Assembly: GCF_964355755.1 (NCBI RefSeq)
Contig: NC_092670.1
Location: 19,764,795-19,828,794 of the forward strand
DNA length: 64,000 nucleotides
Direction of reading: 5' to 3'
From: Antedon mediterranea
Lineage: Eukaryota; Animalia; Echinodermata
A program made the translations under genes and the position numbers. Below are positions 27,889 through 40,575 of this stretch, one piece after another (positions within the stretch are counted from its first letter, which is position 1; each line of letters opens with the position of its first letter). A model generated the notes under the pieces. The model was not told where the DNA came from. It made no database searches and was given only the letters and a program-made list of their open reading frames with translations.

Positions 27889-28710
27889 GGGCCTGTTTCT
27901 GCTGCAACTGCTCAAAATACGGTATAAAAATACGGTATAAAATACGGTATTTTTTATACCGTATTTTTTAGTACCCCGTTTCTGCTAACAATACTTCTTG
28001 GGTGGTCGTGTTAAATTTCATCTTTTTTACCCAAATTGCCATTCATTTATTTGATCGATAATTAAAAGTCGCAATAAAGGAAGTTTTACGTCTCACTTTC
28101 AACAGCCTAGCCCTAGTGATAGAGATGTTGTGAGAGCACAGAAAACATCGTAATGGGGACAATTAATTCGTTCCCTCCCCGAGTTATTGTATTTTGCAAT
28201 GTTGTACTGCTTTCGCAGGCTCTTCAGCTTTGAGTTTACTTGCTTTGGAGACAAGTCTATTCCATACTCCTGCTTTATTTTTTTAGAAATGTCTTTATAA
28301 ATGTGGTTGTCCCTTTTATTACCTTTTAGTTGGTCAGACATTTTAGCTTCCCCACACACATTTATTTAGTAAAACTGTGACGTCTTCGCTCCACATTTTC
28401 GCCGAATATATCTATACATGTGTGTAAAGCATCTAACAGCGACAGAAAATAAAACACGAATGGTGACCTTTTGTCATGTAAAAAAAAAATACGGTATTTT
28501 TTATTGGCAGCAGAAACGGGTACAAAAAATATGGTATAAATTTGTAAATACCGTATTTTATCCACAAATTTTGTGGGGAAAATACGGTATACAAAATACG
28601 GTATATTTTTTATGAGCGCAGTTTCTGCTGCCAAAAATATACCGTATATATACGGTATTCAAAAAATACCGTATAATATACGGTATTTAGTTGGCAGCAG
28701 AAACAGGGCC
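27889..28710 (-). mobile_element. Non-autonomous PIF/Harbinger-derived element, copy 3 (822 bp)
   Basis: Same TIRs and interior as 20047-20857, one extra AAAATACGGTAT unit at the left end; flanks act/aat. Confidence 0.9.
28099..28396 (-). pseudogene. Frameshifted Myb/SANT-like domain, copy 3
   Basis: Same translation as 20259-20541 with the same 5' frameshift after MWSEDVTVLL. Confidence 0.8.
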
Positions 28711-30805
28711 AATTTGTTTCTTCAGTTCACTTTATTGTGTTTTTACAACCTCCCATTACTTTTAAACAATCATTTCTTGAATTCTAAGATAGGTTTGCTG
28801 CTAGAAGTAAGACTCTCAGAAAACAAGATACAAGCCACTATGATGACAACAATACCAACAATCTTAAAATAATAATTCTCTTGCAATGACCTTGATAACA
28901 AATTATATATATATATATAAAAATTATATTTTATATATTAGTTGACACTGCATTACCTAATCCATTGATTGAGAACTATTACCAATGCTAGGCCTACTGT
29001 CTACAAAGTTAATTCTATGCTACATTAATTACAGCTTGCCGAATACATGACGGTGTAATCTTTAACCTCTGCTTCTTTTAACACTGAACTTAATTGAATT
29101 CATAATACACATTCAATCTTTAGTGACAGTTGTATATATCATATATGGTGGTGGTAATTTATGGTATTATAGAAAATAGTACTGAAGTATTGATGATAAG
29201 CTGAGCTGGCGATAGTCAGTCATTTATTAATAGCTGATATCATAATGAAATTAATAATAATATATTGATAAGATGTTATATTTTTTATCTGTACACAGAT
29301 TATGAAATAAAGAATACTAAATGAATGAATGAATAATGATGAACAAAATGATTATGAATTTATTATTATTTTGCAACGATTGTTGTTTATTATAATGATG
29401 GAATATAATTAAATATTGATTAAAATAAACTTAAATTTGATTTAAAAAGAACAAAAATGAAACTATAAAATGATCATCAAAAAATTAAAATATGTAATCA
29501 GTGTAATTTGATTCAACAAAACATTTTTGTCTCCAATCATTTTTTTTATGAGAACTGTACCTGCTGTCTGCAGATATAATAACATTATTATTTAAAATTA
29601 TGTTTATTTCATTTATAAACACTAATTTAGTGCTGGATACTATTTCTAAGATAACGCTAATTAGACCCACACAAAGCCCAGTCAAAATACTTGTTACATG
29701 AGATGAAGAGCTTTCATACCGAAAAAAAATTCTTTATGAAAATTCATATGCATAAACAAAAAAAGTTAATGGGTTTGTTTACATTCAACCGTTGATTGAA
29801 ACCCCCTTCAGCAGATGTACAAATAGTCGAAATAGAAAGGCAATTCCTCTGAGTGATCGCATTACGTGCTCACAAGGGTCATATTACACGCCCCTAGGTC
29901 AAAACCAGGTAACCATGGTACGCCACGTCCATTACTGATGAATACCGACAAAGAATGCCAACATCCAAAATGATACGACATCACAAGTTGAAAGGCTTAA
30001 CAGATTTTGACATTCATCAAAGCTTACATCGAGTTGAAACCAAATTTAGAGATGTTAGCGCTTTAGAAATTTGATCCATAATTTATTTTAATGGCTATTG
30101 AAGATGTTTTACACTAAGGATCGATAATATCAAGATATTCCTGTCTTTATGGTACTTTTAAATTTTCACAATCTGGCCAAATATAAATATTTATTATAAA
30201 AAGAATAATTTCATATGGGGGAACAAAGGTAAAATTGATATTAACCCCTATTAAGGAAATACTTTCAGGACCAAAATTTCCCTTGAATTGGCTGTAGTGT
30301 TAATTTCTTTTGAAATGGGGTTGTTCCTAAAATAGTTGTATGTATTGTCCAAAATGAGGGGTTCTACTCTAAAAAATTATGGCACTCCCCTTAAACATGT
30401 CAAAGGTATGGTTCCAGTAATATATGTTGCATAATACAAGGAAGGTGGACTGTATTATTTTAGCAGGATACGTGTGTTCTCAACATTAATTACCCTGTCA
30501 ATATTATTAACAACCTCAATCCTTCACATCCTCATCCTCTCACAACTTTAATTCTGATTCATTCCAATTAAAATTAGATACAATACTTGACCTTACATTA
30601 AAAACACTATAAAACATCTGCAAAAAGGCTAACAAATCTTGACAGATGAATGTATACGTTCATGGTGCTATTTAAGAAAAATCTTAATGTCATTTTCATA
30701 ATAGAGGGCTCCCTATGCTTACACATTTCTCCAGATTATGCACTACTTCAAAAGGCTATTTAATTACAGAAAGATTTGGGCATTCAAATGTCCAATCAAA
30801 ACTTT

Positions 30806-30843
30806 GTCACACCAGGGAAGAGTTAACTCTTCCCTGGTCACAC
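30806..30843. mobile_element. P-superfamily-like excision footprint (CAGGGAAG family)
   Basis: GTCACAC + perfect 24-bp palindrome CAGGGAAGAGTTAACTCTTCCCTG (30813-30836) + GTCACAC. Confidence 0.75.
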
Positions 30844-32313
30844 ATGGTAAAATTAAAATGAATTTAAATAGATCAGTTGTATATTCAATAAATCCTCCAC
30901 AAATCTGGCTTGGATTCATCAGAATTCCTTAAATCTAAATAATTAAATCTTTAAATTTTTTCAATAAGGAATTCTAAATATAAGTATTGGAGCATTCCCG
31001 ATGGAATACTACCAAATTTGTTTTTTATCCTAGTAGTAATACAGTGAGAAAACACAATGACGCAAATGGCAAATGAAGAAATGATTCTACTGTAAGTTGC
31101 AACATGGACCTATAAATATATGGTAGCAATATGGACGAAAATTGCTGCAGTAAAATGCAACCATAAATAAAATATAGGGCCTATTAAACGTTGTAATAAA
31201 TAACTGTATAATGAACAAAAAAATTAAATATAGTACTATGGAGAAAAAAAACTATAAAAATGCATTAAGCAGCAACAAAAATTTATTTGCTGAGAATGTG
31301 GTGTTTTATTGCTGTAGTAAAATAAAACATCAAACCAGACAACCATAACATAGAAACGGAAGATTATATTTACCTTCATTATAAAGTCAATCATTTTAAG
31401 TATAAAATATTAAGGTCGGATATCCTTTAAAAAAGATATTTCATTGGTTCTGTCATAAAATATAAACTTAATAGTCATTTAATGTATTTTCCTATTATTT
31501 CTATCGCTTTAAATATCACATTTAGGTGTTTTTTGTAACAAAACATTTAAATATCATCATATCTTTCACAATGTCTTATTTTCTATCGCAATCTCTTTAG
31601 AAATCAAATCAGTAGGCTTCCGCACTCATTAAACAAGTTTCCTTAAATCGTTGCTTTTGACCAATCACAGTTCGTTGTTTAATTAGGAAAAGCCGGTTAG
31701 AACGTGAAATGTTCACGCATTGCAATATACACAAAATATATATATATGAAATTCTTTTCTTGTAACTATATCATCTTTGCTATTAACTATGTAGCGGAAT
31801 AGCGTACAATTATCAAATAAGCTATCAAGAGTAACATAATAAAAATATATTTAAGGGCGGTCTTTCATTGGAGGATGAACTGATAAATAAATAGTATTGG
31901 TTACAAATAAATATACAGATAATAATGAAGTTGAATATAAGAAAAACTAAATGTAATACTAATTCAAGTTTCAAGCTTTTTAAAATTAAGACTTGCATAA
32001 CTTAATAATGAATGGATAGGTACTAGAACTTTCATAGATTGAGGGCTCACCTACTTGGTGAAATAACAGAGATAATTAAACACGACTAGACAATGTACAA
32101 ACACCTGTAGGACAGTCCAACAGCAATGTTCAAAACACATCCGATTACATGTCAAAAAAACTTTAAATCACTTTGCATCACAAAAAAAACTATATTATTG
32201 ATGACCTGGACATGATACTGCTGTGTGATGATTAAAAACAACAGATCTATCAAAACTGTTCAACTGTCAAATTAAATAATACATAATAAATAAAACAAGA
32301 CTGTATGCATTAC

Positions 32314-32418
32314 CATGAACATATCCAATGATTCGTATGGAACATCAGTTGCTTCGGGATACCATCTATTCTCCCACGACGGGTGCACTTGATACCATGA
32401 TGCTACGTTCTCAGACAT
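32314..32418 (-). CDS. Candidate alternative first coding exon MSENVASWYQVHPSWENRWYPEATDVPYESLDMFM (35 aa)
   Basis: aaaATG with in-frame TGA just upstream; 35 open codons in a GC-enriched island; ATG|GTAATG donor in phase 0; UTR-like island extends to a possible acceptor near 32659. Confidence 0.55.
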
Positions 32419-33640
32419 TTTTCAGCTGAGTGTTTTGATGAGAGGGGATGGTGGTTCAACGGTGAAGGCCTAAGCAACGACAATTTGTCAACAAGCTTGG
32501 AATACTGTCTGTGTCTTTGTGAGCATGTAGGCAGGATGTTCAGGTTTCCTGTGAGTCAAACACTGTGCTCAGATACACTAACTAGTCACAGGAACTTCTT
32601 AATTTTTCTAATCAACCGGTTTGTTTGTCCATTTCACCCTTCTTTTGTTTTCAACCGTCTAAATATACAGCTCTGATCTATGATGTTTCCCGGGAAGCAA
32701 AAATATAAAACCTCCGCAGAAACTTGTAAATATTTTACACTCTTCTGATGTCAACTAACTTTAGTAACCTTATTTCTTCAGAAATCACAGTATAATAAAT
32801 AGCATAAACAATCTCATGTATAGGCCTACATACAGCTCTATGGAGATTCTTGGCAAGTTCTACAAATAAAATATATCAATCTTCACAGAAATTTGTAAAA
32901 CGTATACCAATATAAATTGACAACTAACATCAATAACCTTAATTTCTCTAGCGCACACTAAAACAATTTTTGTTTGTGAAAGTACAGTAATACGACTGTA
33001 TAATACAGTAGTAATTTCACAAACTTTCACAAAAATGCAAAATTGCTAAATTGTTCAGATTACGTAAAATAAGCAAGAATTTCTTTATCAATTGCAAACT
33101 TAATTTTAAAAGTAAAAAAAGAATTTAATATTCAGTTATTTCAGTCAATTATTTTGGTTACTGTAAAATCTTAACATACTGTATCATCAAACCATAACTA
33201 TGTATATTTAAAAGTAAAACTAAATTGATATACCAAGAATGGGATAAATATAAAAGTATAACTGGTAAGATTCATCTCATTTCCTTAGTTGCAGTTACTA
33301 CATGTAAACTCATAATTCTAACTTTCATTTGGATGCTGTCTTACGTGACAAAGTACCATAATATTTGAAACAGGAAAATATGTGTTAATTCAAATACATA
33401 GGTGATACAATATCATCAGTTCTTCAAATTAAAAAACTTCAATTTAAATTAAAGAATAAAAATAAATATTAATATTTAAACAAAAACAATCCATACAAAA
33501 GAAATATTAAAACATGTTGAGACAAAATTTATCTAAAAATATCTTTTTTTTATAAAGTAAAAACAGGATAGAAATTTAATTAATTTCATTTGTTTTAATT
33601 TGACATTCTGCAAAAGTCCTTGATGCTCTTACGTACATAC

Positions 33641-33745
33641 AGTCAAGTACGTCCTGCCTCTGTGTCTATCACTATTGTCTGTTAGCTTCCGGTATCTCTT
33701 TATAATCTCTTCTATTTTGGTTTCTTTGTACCTGATGGTCTGCAT
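33641..33745 (-). CDS. Candidate alternative first coding exon MQTIRYKETKIEEIIKRYRKLTDNSDRHRGRTYLT (35 aa)
   Basis: 35 open codons with charged, helix-like composition, ending in phase 0 at ACT|GTATGT (alternative GTAAGA donor 8 nt further). Confidence 0.4.
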
Positions 33746-36700
33746 AGTTAATTGGTTTATTCTTCAGTTGTAATTGTTTGAAAACAGGGTTTCAACTAAT
33801 AATTAGGACCTTGTCAGAATTATTCTCTGCGGTAATTTGATTAAAGTTGCAGTATATATTGTTCGTATATCAACCTTTACCCTTCTTGTTTGATGGAATG
33901 AAAATATATTCCCACTCTCTGCATACGGTAAATATTTGTAACTAGTAGTTTTTAAACTTGTGTTTTATTTTTTAAATAAAATAGTAGATTCATAATAGTC
34001 TACTATTTTATCTAAAAAATAAAAAATGTAGTATGTGTAGAAATTATGTTATATGCATTATGCACCTGTTCCTAAACATATTCCCATTTTCTGCATACAG
34101 ATATCTGTAACTTTTTGTAGTTTTTAGTTAAAAATAGAAAAGTACGTATAAATGTTGCACCTGTTCTTAGTCCTAATCCTAACGTACTGTTCTATAAATA
34201 AGTTTGACGTAAAGAAAAACAACAATAACAATGCATTATTGATCTACATAAATCCACTTAATACTGTTTAATCTCACATCTTCTGTTTTCTTTTATAAAT
34301 GAAACATAACTCATGACAATTTTCAGTGAAAACATGGAGAGGTGAAACAAAGTAAAACTGGACAACCTTTTGATTTTAAAGAACAGTAAAGTTGGCGTCA
34401 GTGATATGATATGTTCATAAATTAAATCAATTAATCAGATAATTGTCCGTGTAACAATTACGTTTTAAATTATTTTGAATTAAAATGCAATTCTACAAGT
34501 AGTAAAAACAAATCAGTATATTTGAAGGCAAACATTATATAAATAAAAAACAATGTAATTGTCATGAATGTATACATATAGTTCTATCTGCTTTGACCTG
34601 ATCAGTATTTTAAACGCAAGACATTGGAATGTTGGTCGTTGTGTCTGAACACCTTGGCTTTTAACGCCATGGATTACCGTACGCCTTGCGTAGCTAACTC
34701 CAGCGTAACTCCGTGAGTCTGAACATACCCTTAGACTTTTATCTTTATTCATTACATAACTCTGTAATCATTAAAGTGGCAATTTACAGCTAATTGACTT
34801 ATTAATTAATCTATGTCCTCAATTTTTGTGAGAAATGGAGATAAGCTACCAAAGAATCTAATCAAATGGTTCCAATAAACTATAACATAATTTGATTTAC
34901 ATCCAGTTCAAGCGATCTATTTTAGGCGCAGTTCACACCGTCACAGAGTTAGAGTTCTTTAGCGTACGACGCTTACACATTTTGTGTGTGTACAGTCAGT
35001 GTTTTAGCGTATGACATGTCTTAAAATGTTGAACAATATAAGTGGAAAACAGTAATTCAACATAGCATCCAATTAGAACGTTTCCTATGATGATAACAAT
35101 AAACTTCCTGATGGGTGAAACTTTCACAAGCATTCCTGTGTGTCTAAACACATTACAAAATATTTCTCTGTGGTTAATAATTTTAAGTATATCAATTGAA
35201 ATGAGAGATCCTGTTCGGGGAGTGACAATTATATATCCTGTTTCTATTCAAACTCATTTGAACAGAGGTTGACATACAAATAACCACAAACTTAACTTGA
35301 ACACAAGATTCATAATAAAACGAATAGAGCATTTTAAATTGTTTTCTTTATGTAATAGTTTTAGTTAAATATCAAAACTCTAAAATATAGGACAATTTTC
35401 TTGTAGCTTTTTTATTGCCTTTTAGCAATCTAGGAAAATATGATTTACCTGAAATCATATTGAATGAATACCATATATAAATTGTATTGAAAAAGATCTT
35501 AGCGGCAAAAATAGATAGACCATCTCCCAAGAGATACACAAGTAGGTTTAATTTAATGCTGTTTAGAATTTAATGCTACACATAAGCATTTATTGTAAGC
35601 GCATACCGCCTTTATAAAAGTTTTCATTATTATTAATATTTCAGACATTACATTATCAGACCATTATCACAAGTTCAACGATTCACGACCCACATTCTAA
35701 AAATGTTCACCTGTTAATGAAATTTGAACAGTCTACTACGCCATCAATTTTAAGTGAATGTAAGTTTTAATATCATCAATGATCGAGAAAACGAGCTGGT
35801 GGAATTAGCCGCGAGTGGAGCTCAGTGTACAAGTTGGGGATTACGAGTATTAAAAGGATGCTAAGGGAGGATTTAGAACATTAGAGCATCGATCATAAAC
35901 CATGAATTGCAAGCATGGATGAACACAATCATTGAGATGGTATTCAATCGGGCTTTTGGGAAAAACTAGGACTATTGAGAGAGATAGAATGTTATTTTGA
36001 TGGGAAAGTATAGGTTACTTTAGTAGATCATCATGACCAATAAATTACACTTCTTACGTGATAGCTGTCACTTTCAGAAATATATCTCACATGAAAGTAT
36101 ATTTTACAGAAGTTTATTGCATGGATTTCTATAGTTTGTTTTCATGTTAACCTTCTTCTCGACATCATTGCCATTTAGTATTCTAACCTTTATAGCACTA
36201 ATATATACTTTCATATATTTATTTTTCCAGTTAAAAAATAAAAGACAGGCCTACAACTAACATAACACCACAATAAAAATCACAGTAAAACATTAAAAAG
36301 TTATAGTTAAGTAAATTTAAAAAACATTAATGTGATAAGTTATTAATTAATTAACTAATATTTAATTTATTTTGTATTAATAAAATACATTTCTCACAAT
36401 GCTGGATAGATCATGTTGTGGATATTGTCGCCAAACTTTCAAATCACATATACTTCAAAACCTATCTGCTGCCCTCTATAAAAAAATGAACAAGATGACA
36501 GGGATAACGTAAACTAAGTCAACTTGAACTTGCTTAAGGAAGAGACTTAACCATAACACATGAGATCATGTTAATGATTACTATCATAATTCATTTTTTC
36601 ATCAATTTATATTTAATTAATACTTATGGCATTGGAGATCATATAACATTGTTATGTTTTATGTAAAGATCCCGAATATATTTGTCATATTACCAATCAC

Positions 36701-38513
36701 AGTCACTATTAAATGACATATATTTCCTTTAAATACTAACAATTTCAATCAAGTCGTATTTATTTATTTACGGAGAATATTAAAAGTGTTTTGTGTGAAT
36801 AGTGAATGCAGCTACATGAGATTATTTGATGTGCGCAGAAAAGTGTTCTATATGGTTTATGAGTTCTATATATATATGAGTATTATATCAAACATACCTA
36901 TAATATATTGGATGAATCATACAGAAAATTAAAAAAAATTCTCATTTAATATTAGAAATTGACATTGCAGTATAACAAAACAAAGTACAGTTTTCTATTG
37001 TATGTTTAACCTATACCCAATGCTCAATTGAATATTCCATAAAAACTTCATAAATAATTCATGATATCTATATATGAATTATTCATGAGGCAATATGTTT
37101 TTATCTGTTAATTCAATGGGAATAGAAATCTTTATTGGTGCATAATAATCAGTAGTATTTACCAATGAATATAAAAACATTAAACAGTAATTATGTATTA
37201 TTTGATTTAAATTATAAAGATCGAATAAAGGACAAAAATCAGTGCATAGGAGCCAACTGGTAAAAAGGAAACATTGGAGATGATGATTAGCCGAAACCAT
37301 TCTAAAATTTCTAAAACATAGAGGGCACTATCTAAACAAATCTAGGGCATCAGCATATTTAAACAGTGGCTGGTTTCCTTTTTTATCTTATCGAACAGCT
37401 TAATTCTGAGCATGGCAAAACATAGAAAAGAACAACAAAAGGTGGTTCCAGAGATCTGGTTGGATCACGCCCATCAAAGAAATGGCAATGTGTTCCAGCC
37501 TTGGTATGGTCATATGGCGTGTGCATTATACCAAAGTTTTTGCCTTTAGTTATCAAAAGCAGCCTAGGTTACTGTAGTTAAGCATATGGTAAATATATGT
37601 ACTATCATGATTTTATCAAAAAAATCAGGAGAAACTGTACCTTAAGAAAAAATACCCACAATTAAACAGATAAATAGGAAGGTCTTCCGGTCAAAATTAG
37701 TAGCCATATTAAAAAATGATATCTACCTATGTACTTTTTAGGAAGGAAATGCAGTGCATTTGTAAACAATATCATCAAATTTGACAATACACTTTAAGCT
37801 AATGATTAGCCAATTCTCCTGTGTTCGTTTGTTAATTAGACTACGATCTTAACTCCGTTCTTAGTATACTGACTGCTTGTAGACATAATAAAATTATTCC
37901 CTAAGTGACCGATTAATAATTGGATACAATGACCAACACATGTAGCCTTACTGAAGTGACCAATGCAGTCATATCTCTAAATGTCAGGTATAAATAATGA
38001 TGTTTTTTAAGATTGTCTGTGTGGATAATTGCAAAGTCTTCTGCTGCACATCGAACAAATCGTTATAAATATTCATGATAAATAGAAACAGCCAAGAAAA
38101 AAACAGAAGAAGGAAGTGATGCAATCATTTTCTTGATAAAACACATCTAAAACTGGACATCATTTGCATCATTAATTTTTCCAGACCAGTTTTATATATA
38201 TTGAATGAATTGCTTGCTTTGTACCATATGATCTTGATCTATAGCTTCACCATCAAAACCATTGAATGAACTTGGACCAATGTTGAAAATTATGGCATCC
38301 ATAACTACACAAGCCTCAGCTATTTAGTACTCAATGTATAATCATAGCAACAGAGTTAATGAACTATGATGACGTCTAAATATGGTGTCAATGTCCAGCT
38401 ACACAAAGGTGGACAGCGGTCAGCAACGATGAATATAAAAACAAGATGAAGAATATGAATGAGGTTCTTGAACAAGACTGCTGAAGAGTGTTCATTATGT
38501 TGACTATTAAACT

Positions 38514-38573
38514 ATGATGATGATGATGTTGACGTTGACGACGACGATGATGATGATGATAATAATAATAATA

Positions 38574-38612
<39 letters not shown>
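38514..38612. repeat. Compound (GAT)n/(GAC)n/(AAT)n microsatellite
   Basis: Direct reading; source of the poly-His ORF 38388..38684. Confidence 0.95.
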
Positions 38613-39760
38613 GTGACAATTATAATGATTTGAAAAGGTCAATGATTGAAATATGCAAAATTTAATTGCGTACAGTGATAGCAATGATAATGATAATTTT
38701 GATCATGACAATATTAACAAGGTTAATAAGAATTATTAAGATAATTATGATGATACTGATAAAAATGAAGAGTATTAACAGTAACTGACACATACTAAAT
38801 TTCCTATTCATGACAATTAATGTTCTACTTGCAGATAATATAAGTTGTCACAAAGTGCTAAACTTCCATTTATGTAAAAAGTAATTAGAAAAAAACATCA
38901 AACCCAGTTCCCTAGAGTGAATAGCTAACGAGTTAAATTAAGATACAGAATACAAATAACAAATTAGCCATCTTATACAGTTTCATACTTGTTAACAATT
39001 TTAAATAGGAATAAATTAAACAGTGAACTAGAACACGTCGATAGATATTTCAGGTAACTTCTTTTTTTTTAATGTAAAAAAAATTGCCAGCATACATGTA
39101 ACAGCCATGTTAACAACTATATACAGCCTTACTTATGAAGGTATTGGCCTTTACAAATTATACACATTCCGTTAATGAGTAGGAGAGACTTGAACCCAAG
39201 TATTGGTGCAAGTAAGGCACATAGGTAGTACAGAAAACTACCATTTTCCAAGCTGGACATGAAGAAGATACACTACTGTATATCATTTTGGCACTGAGCT
39301 TTTAAAACATAATTTTATAGACAGTGATGCAGCTACAGTACATTAAAACAAGAAACATTAAAGCGTGAACTTCTAACCTACGAAAAATACTTTCCAACTG
39401 ACTAGTAATGTATGCTTTGGTACATGTCATATTAAGTTAAACACTGTAAGGATGATAGCTATATATTTACTTAAATTGCTGGACACTGTACTCGCTTGAA
39501 AAACACAGCTTTTCATCATTTCAAATGTCATCATATTCCCTTCACGATTCGCGTTGTTAAATTTGACTTTAGGCAACAAAAGTAGATGCTCTTCAAAGCC
39601 ACTGGTGAATGTTTCGCTTGACTTCATAACATCTTAGTTACAAAAAAGGCTTGAGGATATTTTTATGTATGAAATTAGTGGTAAGGAAGAGTTCAAATAC
39701 TATTATATGAATATCAACAAAGTAACCTACAAAAACTAACCATACAGAAAGATTATGGCG

Positions 39761-40575
39761 ACGATGGTGGTGTTGATTGATATGAGGATGAAGATAAAGT
39801 TTTAATAGTGATGATAACTGATGATAATAATAATGATACATTTGATGATGATGATGGTGGTGTTGATTGATATGAGGATGATGATAGAGTATTAATGGTG
39901 ATGATAGAGTATTAATGGTGATGATAACTGATGATAATAATGATGTACATTTGATGATGATGATGGTGGTGTTGATTGATATGAGGATTATGATAGAGTA
40001 TTAATGGTGATGATAACTGATGATAATAATGATACATTTGATGATGATGATGGTGGTGTTGATTGATATGAGGATGATGATAGAGTATTAATGGTGATGA
40101 TAGAGTATTAATGGTGATGATAACTGATGATAATAATGATGTACATTTGATGATGACAATGATGGTGTTGATTGATATGAGGATGATGATAGAGTATTAA
40201 TGGTGATGATAACTGATGATAATAATGATGTACATTTGATGATGACAATGATGGTGTTGATTGATATGAGGATGATAGGGTATTAATGGTGATGATAATA
40301 ATGATACATTTGATGATGAGGGTGTTGATTGATATGAGGATGATGATAGAGTATTAATGGTGATGATAACTGATGATAATAATGATGTACATTTGATAAT
40401 GATGATGATGGTGTTGATTGATATGAGGATGATAGGGTATTAATGGTGATGATAATAATGATACATTTGATGATGATGGTGGTGTTGATTGATATGAGAA
40501 TGATGATACTAGTATATTACTAATGGTGATGATAACTGATGATAATAATGATACATTGGATGATCACAATGATGA
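39761..40575. repeat. GAT-derived minisatellite, 9 units of ~70-110 bp
   Basis: Anchor GGTGTTGATTGATATGAG recurs near 39769, 39859, 39968, 40055, 40164, 40253, 40321, 40410 and 40481, with variable GATAGAGTATTAATGGTGAT sub-units. Confidence 0.95.

Noticed and set aside
28362-28872. Overlapping ORFs at the element's right end (also 20511..20741)
   Set aside because: They are translations of the ATACGGTAT subterminal repeats.
38388-38684. Poly-His/Tyr/Arg ORF
   Set aside because: Translation of the (GAT)n microsatellite.
39427-39627. ORF MKSSETFTSGFEEH... as first exon
   Set aside because: Plausible donors (GTAAAT, GTACAG) are phase 1, inconsistent with the phase-0 set; no recognisable homology.
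39761-40575. CRISPR-like appearance of a conserved anchor with variable intervals
   Set aside because: Intervals are homologous GAT-rich modules, not unique spacers; eukaryotic context with no cas genes.
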